Shown: piece after piece, positions 24,381 through 32,000 of the stretch | Layout of the letters: each line of letters begins with the position of its first letter | Position numbering within the stretch: the stretch's first letter is position 1 | Source of the DNA: Telmatocola sphagniphila | GTDB lineage: Bacteria; Planctomycetota; Planctomycetia; Gemmatales; Gemmataceae | Assembly: GCF_018398935.1 (NCBI RefSeq) | Contig: NZ_CP074694.1 | Coordinates: 3,060,001-3,092,000 of the forward strand | Direction: 5' to 3' | Length of the DNA: 32,000 bases | Position numbers and translations under genes: made by a program | Notes under the pieces: generated by a model | What the model was told of the DNA's origin: nothing | Database searches by the model: none | The model's input: the letters and a program-made list of their open reading frames with translations, nothing else

Positions 24381-25484
24381 TCAGGGTAATTCGATTTTTT
24401 GAAATTTGAACTTTACCGGAACTTCAATCCAGGTTCCGGGATACTTATATTCCAGCGACCAACCCAGTAGCGAATTAATCTTTAAACCTTTCTTTTCGTC
24501 CTCTTCAAATCGATAGACAAAACGCCCATCGGCTTCTTCGAATCCTCGCGCCGGGAACCGCTTTCCCTCTGGGGAGATCAAACTCGCGGAGTGATATGCG
24601 AACCGATCTCTTTCAAAGCTTTCAAATTCAGCAAAATTGGTAGCCTTATATCGGGTCGTGATCGTCGCCGACCAAAACCGGCCATCTTTTTTCAGGCCCT
24701 GAAACTCCACGACCGATTCCGCCTGCTCCAGAGTTCTGCTCTTCTGCAGTTCCTGGAATTTTTCCGTTTTGAGTTCCGGACACAGGGTGATATTAACTTT
24801 CCCCTCCAAGGCCGTAATCGAGTGAGAAGTTCGGGGAATCGAGTAAATGGGAAGAACCAGCGTGGCAAAATTGCCCCGGGAGGCCGTCCGCACGCGGTTC
24901 TCCCGCGGCTGATATTTATTTTTGAGATCATCCATAAATTCCGAAATCTGCGGTTGCACATCGCAGCGGCATACAGAAAAGCGCGGCTCCCAGGCCAGTT
25001 GAAACTGGAAGCTGGTCTTCTTCTCTCCGGTCCGGAAATCGCTTTCGGCCCGGACGTCCCGCAGTTCGACCCGGAAAGGCCCATCCACGGACAATTTTGG
25101 GGTTTTCAGCTGATGAGAAGTCAATCGCCAATCCAGCCCATTAACAGGAATTTCTATTACGCTGTTGGTAAGGTGTCCCAGTCGTTCAATGGCATTCCAA
25201 AAAGTCTCTTTGGAGTTCGTTGCAGCCCCGTTTACCGGCATAGGCGTTAAAATTCCACCAATCCTTACTTTTGTCTGCTTTTCAATTGCCTGAGAAATGG
25301 ACTGGGCATCTTCAAAACGGGCTTCGATCTGCGTCGCTTGCAGGCGTGGATCCTCTGCCCGACAGTTTCCGAGCCCCAAACCCATAAAGACCACTAGAGC
25401 TAATTTCCGCACGGTTATCCTTCGTCGGGGGAATTTGCCGGTTTTTTCTTCGCTACGCCGCTGGAGTTTCCTAGCCAATGTCAC
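24381..25484 (-). CDS. Hypothetical secreted protein
   Basis: 367-aa ORF with a GTG start at 25484. Basic N-terminus then a hydrophobic helix (RKLALVVFMGLGLGNCRA). No recognisable catalytic motif. The start codon is uncertain. Confidence 0.6.
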   Translation of the reverse strand: MTLARKLQRRSEEKTGKFPRRRITVRKLALVVFMGLGLGNCRAEDPRLQATQIEARFEDAQSISQAIEKQTKVRIGGILTPMPVNGAATNSKETFWNAIERLGHLTNSVIEIPVNGLDWRLTSHQLKTPKLSVDGPFRVELRDVRAESDFRTGEKKTSFQFQLAWEPRFSVCRCDVQPQISEFMDDLKNKYQPRENRVRTASRGNFATLVLPIYSIPRTSHSITALEGKVNITLCPELKTEKFQELQKSRTLEQAESVVEFQGLKKDGRFWSATITTRYKATNFAEFESFERDRFAYHSASLISPEGKRFPARGFEEADGRFVYRFEEDEKKGLKINSLLGWSLEYKYPGTWIEVPVKFKFQKIELP

Positions 25485-25634
25485 TCCACAACGCTAATTT
25501 AACTAAGTAGGAAACTGGCGTGAACCGGCGTCTTCGAACTGCTTGATGAACCACTCCTTCGATCTCGCAACGCTTTCCAGCTTCCGTATCCTTCAAATAC
25601 ATCTTAATGCATTCAGGTCGGGAGTAATAGTACT

Positions 25635-28337
25635 ATGAGCTCTGGCATTATTGCCGAACGAAACGTGTCGGTCCAGGATAAGCTTGATGTCGACCCGCTC
25701 GAAACCGCAGAGTGGATAGATTCGCTGGAAGCGGTCGTCAAAACGCAAGGTCCGGATCGCGCTCGATTTCTGATTGAAATGCTGATCGCCCGGGCCGACC
25801 GCTCCGGCACGAAATTGACCAGCGGTATCACCACTCCCTACCTCAACACTATTCCCACCGAAGAAGAACCGACCTTCCCGGGGGATCGCGAACTCGAGCG
25901 AAAAATCAAAAGTGCTATCCGCTGGAACGCGATGGCCATGGTCAACCGAGCTTACAATCGCAAAACCGGCGTTGGCGGCCACATTGCCACCTTCGCTTCC
26001 GCGGCCACGCTCTACGAGATCGGCTTCAACCACTTTTTCCGGGGCCGAACCGATTCGCAACTGGGGGACATCGTTTATTTCCAGGGACACGCCAGTCCCG
26101 GGATGTACTCTCGTGCGTTCGTGGAAGGCCGCTTGTCCGACAAGCAATTGGATAACTTCCGTCAGGAACTGCAACCGGGCGGCGGTCTGAGCAGCTACCC
26201 TCACCCCTGGCTGATGCCCGATTTCTGGCAGTACCCGACCGTGAGCATGGGATTAGGCCCCATCATGTCGATTTATCAGGCCCGATACGCCCGCTATCTG
26301 GTGGATCGCAGCCTTTGCAAATCCTCCGATGTAAAAATCTGGGCGTTCCTGGGTGACGGTGAGTGCGATGAACCCGAAACCCTCGGCAACATCTCGTTGG
26401 CCGGCCGGGAGAAACTCGATAACCTCATCTGGGTCATTAACTGCAATCTGCAACGACTCGATGGACCGGTTCGCGGCAATGGCAAGATCATCCAGGAACT
26501 GGAAGGCATCTTCCGCGGTGCCGGCTGGAACGTGATTAAAGTGATCTGGGGCTCCGGTTGGGATCCGATTCTCAAGAAAGATAAGACCGGTGCTTTGGCT
26601 CGCCGCATGGCGGAAGTGGTGGATGGGGAATACCAGTCCTACATCGTAAAAGGCGGGGCTTTCATCCGCGAACACTTCTTCAATTCTCCCGAATTGAAGC
26701 GGCTTGTCGAACACCTGACCGATGATCAACTGGAAGATCTTCCCCGTGGCGGACACGATCCTGTTAAAGTCTACGCCGCGTATAAAAAAGCTTACGATCA
26801 TCGGGGCCAGCCTTCGGTTATTCTGGTCAAGACGGTCAAAGGTTATGAGATCCCCGGTGATGGTGGCGAAGGGAAAAATACCACGCATCAGAAGAAAGAT
26901 CTCAGCGTCTCCCAGATGAAGACCATGCGGGATCGATTCTCGATTCCGATTTCGGACGACAAGATTAGCGATTGCCCCTACTACATTCCGCCCGCCGATA
27001 GTCCCGAAATCAAATATCTTCACGAACAACGCCGCAAACTTGGCGGTTATCAGCCCTCCCGCAACAACAAGTTCACACCCATTACCCCACCGAAAGCCGA
27101 ATCCTTTGAATCGAGCCACCAGGCCACCGGCCAGGGCAAAGGCCGTTCGACGACATTGGGTTGGGTAGTGTTGATGGACAAGCTGATGAAAGACCCCAAC
27201 GTCGGCAAATTGATCGTGCCGATCGTGCCCGACGAAGGCCAGACTTTCGGTCTGCCAGGTCTTTACAACACCTTCGGGATCTACAGTCGGGTTGGCCAAC
27301 TCTACGAACCGGTCGATGCGGGTTCGCTGACGATGTATCGCGAAACCAAAACCGGCCAGTTCTTCCAGGAAGGGATCAACGAAGCGGGCAGTATGGCCAA
27401 CTTCATCGCCGCAGGCACGGCCTACAGCACCTATGGCGTCAACACCATCCCGTTCTACGTTTATTATTCAATGTTCGGCTTCCAGCGCGTCGGCGACCTG
27501 ATCTGGGCCGCCGCCGATAGCCGTTGCCGGGGCTTCCTCATGGGGGGCACTGCGGGACGCACCACGCTTAACGGCGAAGGTCTTCAGCACGAAGACGGTC
27601 ACAGCCTGATCGTGGCCATGACCGTTCCCAATTGCCGGGCATACGATCCCGCCTGGGCTTACGAAACGGCCGTTATTATTGAAGACGGTATCAACCGAAT
27701 GTTCGTCAAGGGAGAAGATATCTTCTACTACCTGACGATCTATAACGAAAGCTACGATATGCCAGCGATGCCCCCGGGCGTTCGCGAAGGCATCCTCAAG
27801 GGCTTGTACCCATTCAAACGGGAAGCGGTTTCCGGCGCCAAGGCGGAGGTACAGTTGCTCGGCAGCGGCGTGATTCTCAACGGCGTACTGAAAGCGCAGC
27901 AGATTCTGGCCGAGAAATACCATATCTCCAGCACCGTCTACAGCGCAACGAGTTATCAGGAACTGCGACGGGATGCCATCGAAACCGAACGCTGGAACCG
28001 GTTGCACCCGACCCAAAGCAAGAAAAAATCCTACGTCGAACAGGTTCTGGGCTCCACGAAGGGCCCCATTATCGCCTCCTCGGATTACATGCGAATGCTG
28101 CCCGAGCAGATTGCCCCCTATTTGAATAATCGGATGCTGGCCCTGGGAACGGATGGCTTTGGCCGTAGCGAATCCCGCAAGGCACTGCGTCGATTCTTCG
28201 AAGTAGATGCCGAGTCGGTAGTGATATCCGCCATGTATGCGTTGGCCGAGCGTGGCGAAATCGACCGAACTCTCGTCGCTCAGGCGATCAAGGACCTGAA
28301 TTTCGACACTGAACGGCCGCATCCCTGGACCGTTTAA
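25635..28337 (+). CDS. aceE: Pyruvate dehydrogenase E1 component (homodimeric type)
   Basis: 900 aa. 'GGHIATFASAATLYEIGFNHFFRG', 'GDGECDEPE' (ThDP-binding GDG motif) and 'LGTDGFGRSE' are typical of AceE. Confidence 0.95.
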   Translation: MSSGIIAERNVSVQDKLDVDPLETAEWIDSLEAVVKTQGPDRARFLIEMLIARADRSGTKLTSGITTPYLNTIPTEEEPTFPGDRELERKIKSAIRWNAMAMVNRAYNRKTGVGGHIATFASAATLYEIGFNHFFRGRTDSQLGDIVYFQGHASPGMYSRAFVEGRLSDKQLDNFRQELQPGGGLSSYPHPWLMPDFWQYPTVSMGLGPIMSIYQARYARYLVDRSLCKSSDVKIWAFLGDGECDEPETLGNISLAGREKLDNLIWVINCNLQRLDGPVRGNGKIIQELEGIFRGAGWNVIKVIWGSGWDPILKKDKTGALARRMAEVVDGEYQSYIVKGGAFIREHFFNSPELKRLVEHLTDDQLEDLPRGGHDPVKVYAAYKKAYDHRGQPSVILVKTVKGYEIPGDGGEGKNTTHQKKDLSVSQMKTMRDRFSIPISDDKISDCPYYIPPADSPEIKYLHEQRRKLGGYQPSRNNKFTPITPPKAESFESSHQATGQGKGRSTTLGWVVLMDKLMKDPNVGKLIVPIVPDEGQTFGLPGLYNTFGIYSRVGQLYEPVDAGSLTMYRETKTGQFFQEGINEAGSMANFIAAGTAYSTYGVNTIPFYVYYSMFGFQRVGDLIWAAADSRCRGFLMGGTAGRTTLNGEGLQHEDGHSLIVAMTVPNCRAYDPAWAYETAVIIEDGINRMFVKGEDIFYYLTIYNESYDMPAMPPGVREGILKGLYPFKREAVSGAKAEVQLLGSGVILNGVLKAQQILAEKYHISSTVYSATSYQELRRDAIETERWNRLHPTQSKKKSYVEQVLGSTKGPIIASSDYMRMLPEQIAPYLNNRMLALGTDGFGRSESRKALRRFFEVDAESVVISAMYALAERGEIDRTLVAQAIKDLNFDTERPHPWTV

Positions 28338-28350
28338 TCGATCGACCTTT

Positions 28351-28412
28351 AGACCCGGGCAGCGTGGAGAGCAATCAGGAATTGTCCTCTTCGCTGCCCG
28401 GGTCTGTTTTCG
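28351..28412 (+). terminator. Strong intra-operon hairpin (attenuator, partial terminator or processing site) between aceE and aceF
   Basis: agacccgggcagcg (28351-64) / cgctgcccgggtct (28392-405): perfect 14-bp stem with a 27-nt partly self-pairing loop, followed by GTTTTCG. Confidence 0.5.
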
Positions 28413-28500
28413 CAATGCTAGACGCGCTATAGATTAACTACCACTCTTACAACAAAACCACGAAGCCGATAAGGCTCGTTTCCCGGCCAGAGGTTGGTTC

Positions 28501-30132
28501 ATGGATTTTCGACTTCCGGAACTTGGCGAAGGTATTGCTTCCGCAACCATCACCAGTATCAGCGTCAAAGCGGGCGATTTGGTAACTCCCGGCCAGACTT
28601 TGCTGGAAGTAGAAACCGATAAAGCCTCCATGCCCATCCCGGCACCGATCGAGGGCAAAATCGATAGCATCCTGGTCAAAAAAGGCGATCAGGTCAAAGT
28701 CGGTTCTGTGATATTGAATCTCAGCGGAGGTACAGCGGCGGCCTCCAACCCGGCCCCGGCCCCCGCAGCACCGACACCGACAGCGGAAACTAAACCTTCG
28801 CCAACTCCAGTCCCGGCCCCGGCAGCCAGCACAGTAGCGAGCAGCCGCGTCGAATTGAAATTGCCGATTCTCGGTGAGGGTATCGAAGGTGGTACGATCA
28901 CCACCGTCTCCGTGAAAGTCGGAGATACCGTCGAAAAAGATCAGGTTCTTTTCGAAATCGAGACCGATAAAGCTTCGATGCCGATTCCCAGCACCACTGC
29001 GGGGAAAGTCGAAGAAATCAAGGTAGCCCGGGGACAGCAAGCCAAGATCGGTTCGGTCCTGGCCGTGATCTCCGGTTCGGCCCCTGCAGGTAGTGCTGCC
29101 TCCACTCCGGCCAACGGTACTCCCGCTGCCCCGGCGAAATCGGCATCCCCACCGGTCGCTCCCGCTCAAATAATTGAAGCACCGGCCCCGGTCAATCGCG
29201 TCAAGTCGGCACTGGTTCCTGCCGGCCCGGCAACGCGTCGGCTGGCCCGTGAACTCGGTATCGACCTTTCCGATGTCCCTGGAAGCGCTCGTGGCGGTCG
29301 CGTCACGTTGGATGATATTAAAGCGTATACGCGAAAACGAATTCAAGGCGTGCCGTCTACAAGTGTTCCGGCCGCGGGTGCGGGGACTATTATTCCTCCC
29401 CTGCCCGACTTTTCAAAATACGGCCCCGTGGAAAAGAAGCCCTTTACCACCCTGCGAAAAGCTATTGCCCGCAATCTGACTCTCTCCTGGAATGTCGCCC
29501 CTCAGGTTACCCAACACGATCTAGCGGATATTACCGAACTCGAAGCCGGCCGCAAACGCTTCGTGGAATCGACTCCCAAGGGCTCTGCTAAAGTAACGAT
29601 GACCACCCTGGTCGTCAAAGCTTGCGTGGCCGCTCTGAAGGCCTTCCCGCACTTTAATTCCAGCTACGATCCGCACGCGGGCGATAATGGCGAGATGGTT
29701 GTCAAGAAGTACTACCACATCGGCATTGCCGTCGATACGCCGCGCGGCCTGGTAGTACCCGTCATTCGCGATGCCGACAAGAAGACGATGCTGGATCTGG
29801 CCCGAGAAATTCAGGATCTGGCCGAGAAGGCCCGCGATGGCAAGTTGTCGCCCGACGAAATGCGGGGCGGTACCTTCACTATCACGAATCTGGGGGGTAT
29901 TGGTGGCACCTATTTCAGCCCGATTTTGAACTACCCGGAAGTGGCCATTCTCGGTCTTTCACGCAGCACCCTGCAACCTGTTGTCCGCGAAGGCAAGATC
30001 GAACCTCGCCTGATGCTGCCATTGAGTTTGACTTACGATCACCGGGTCATCGATGGCGCCGACGGAGCTCGCTTCACCAGTCGCATTGCCTCCATGCTGG
30101 CCGATCCCTCGCGTCTGATGTTCGAAAGTTAA
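28501..30132 (+). CDS. aceF: Dihydrolipoamide acetyltransferase E2 with two lipoyl domains
   Basis: Two lipoyl domains with 'E(V/I)ETDKASMPIP' (lipoyl-Lys codon of domain 1 at 28621-23). Ala/Pro linkers. E3-binding domain 'AGPATRRLARELGIDLSDVPGSARGGRVTLDDI'. Catalytic 'LSLTYDHRVIDGADGARF'. Confidence 0.95.
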   Translation: MDFRLPELGEGIASATITSISVKAGDLVTPGQTLLEVETDKASMPIPAPIEGKIDSILVKKGDQVKVGSVILNLSGGTAAASNPAPAPAAPTPTAETKPSPTPVPAPAASTVASSRVELKLPILGEGIEGGTITTVSVKVGDTVEKDQVLFEIETDKASMPIPSTTAGKVEEIKVARGQQAKIGSVLAVISGSAPAGSAASTPANGTPAAPAKSASPPVAPAQIIEAPAPVNRVKSALVPAGPATRRLARELGIDLSDVPGSARGGRVTLDDIKAYTRKRIQGVPSTSVPAAGAGTIIPPLPDFSKYGPVEKKPFTTLRKAIARNLTLSWNVAPQVTQHDLADITELEAGRKRFVESTPKGSAKVTMTTLVVKACVAALKAFPHFNSSYDPHAGDNGEMVVKKYYHIGIAVDTPRGLVVPVIRDADKKTMLDLAREIQDLAEKARDGKLSPDEMRGGTFTITNLGGIGGTYFSPILNYPEVAILGLSRSTLQPVVREGKIEPRLMLPLSLTYDHRVIDGADGARFTSRIASMLADPSRLMFES

Positions 30133-30154
30133 CTCGAGATAGAGCGGGTGGGGT

Positions 30155-30502
30155 ATGATCGATTCCGAGGATGAACTCTATCCTCTCGATGATGATCGGC
30201 CATCGAGAAATGCTGAGGAGACTCCTCTTCCCGTTAAACCTTTGGATCCTCGCCCGAGTCTGATCAATCCGGAACCGTTCGTTTCGTACGATCCGCCAAG
30301 CTACAAGATCAAAGGGGATCGACCGAAAAAATCGCTGATCACGGTCTCCGCCGGAGCCTGGACTTCCTTCGCGATGATTCTGGCGGGCCTGGGAATAGCC
30401 TATGCGGGGAAGGTCAATCCGGGTGTTACGATCGTCGGCATCGGGCTTTGTTTTGCAGGCGTTGTGAAGCTGCTATTGAATATTAAGGGTTACGAAGAAT
30501 AA
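30155..30502 (+). CDS. Small 2-TM membrane protein encoded inside the PDH operon
   Basis: 115-aa ORF filling the aceF-lpdA gap (22 nt and 15 nt spacers). Pro/Asp-rich N-terminal half, then two hydrophobic helices (AWTSFAMILAGLGIAYAG, VTIVGIGLCFAGVVKLLL). Confidence 0.6.
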   Translation: MIDSEDELYPLDDDRPSRNAEETPLPVKPLDPRPSLINPEPFVSYDPPSYKIKGDRPKKSLITVSAGAWTSFAMILAGLGIAYAGKVNPGVTIVGIGLCFAGVVKLLLNIKGYEE

Positions 30503-30517
30503 ATCACGAGTCCATCC

Positions 30518-31945
<1,428 letters not shown>

Positions 31946-31960
31946 GGTTACGAAAAGCAG

Positions 31961-31989
31961 AATCCGTAAGAGGCTTTCGCTTACGGATT
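31961..31989. terminator. Hairpin downstream of lpdA (possible operon terminator)
   Basis: aatccgtaag (31961-70) / cttacggatt (31980-89): perfect 10-bp stem, 9-nt loop. There is no clear U-tract on the plus strand, and the window ends 11 nt later. Confidence 0.45.
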
Positions 31990-32000
31990 AAAGAAATATT

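Overview
The window reads as a chromosomal, mostly housekeeping segment of a Planctomycetota-like genome. That taxonomic call is an inference from a DUF1559-like domain, pseudopilin-like C-termini, an N-terminal zinc-ribbon membrane protein and giant low-complexity envelope proteins. G+C looks mid-50s % by eye. About 20 genes are supported. Well-supported genes: a complete pyruvate dehydrogenase operon (aceE, aceF with two lipoyl domains, a small 2-TM ORF, lpdA), rplM-rpsI, rny-ymdB, nadB, psuG, a rhomboid protease, a nucleotide-sugar dehydrogenase, a secreted esterase and a diheme c-type cytochrome lipoprotein. I saw no tRNA or rRNA genes, CRISPR arrays, transposases, integrases or recognisable defence, toxin or biosynthetic cassettes, so there is no clear novel multi-gene system here. 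The most unusual content is two giant lineage-specific membrane proteins flanking nadB. The first (1299 aa) runs zinc ribbon, TM helix, GPGG-type Gly/Pro tracts, a DUF1559-like domain with no prepilin leader, then a tandem C-terminal domain pair. The second (about 1730 aa) has three TM helices and repeated beta-rich modules, then a polyampholyte tail of about 950 residues with a recurring [LM][LM][KQR]DP motif. Secondary points: about 490 bp without convincing coding potential upstream of rny that contains a multi-hairpin element; a roughly 26% G+C island driving a small basic protein gene; a 14-bp-stem hairpin between aceE and aceF; and very compact convergent gene ends. All functional calls rest on motifs read by eye; no searches were run.
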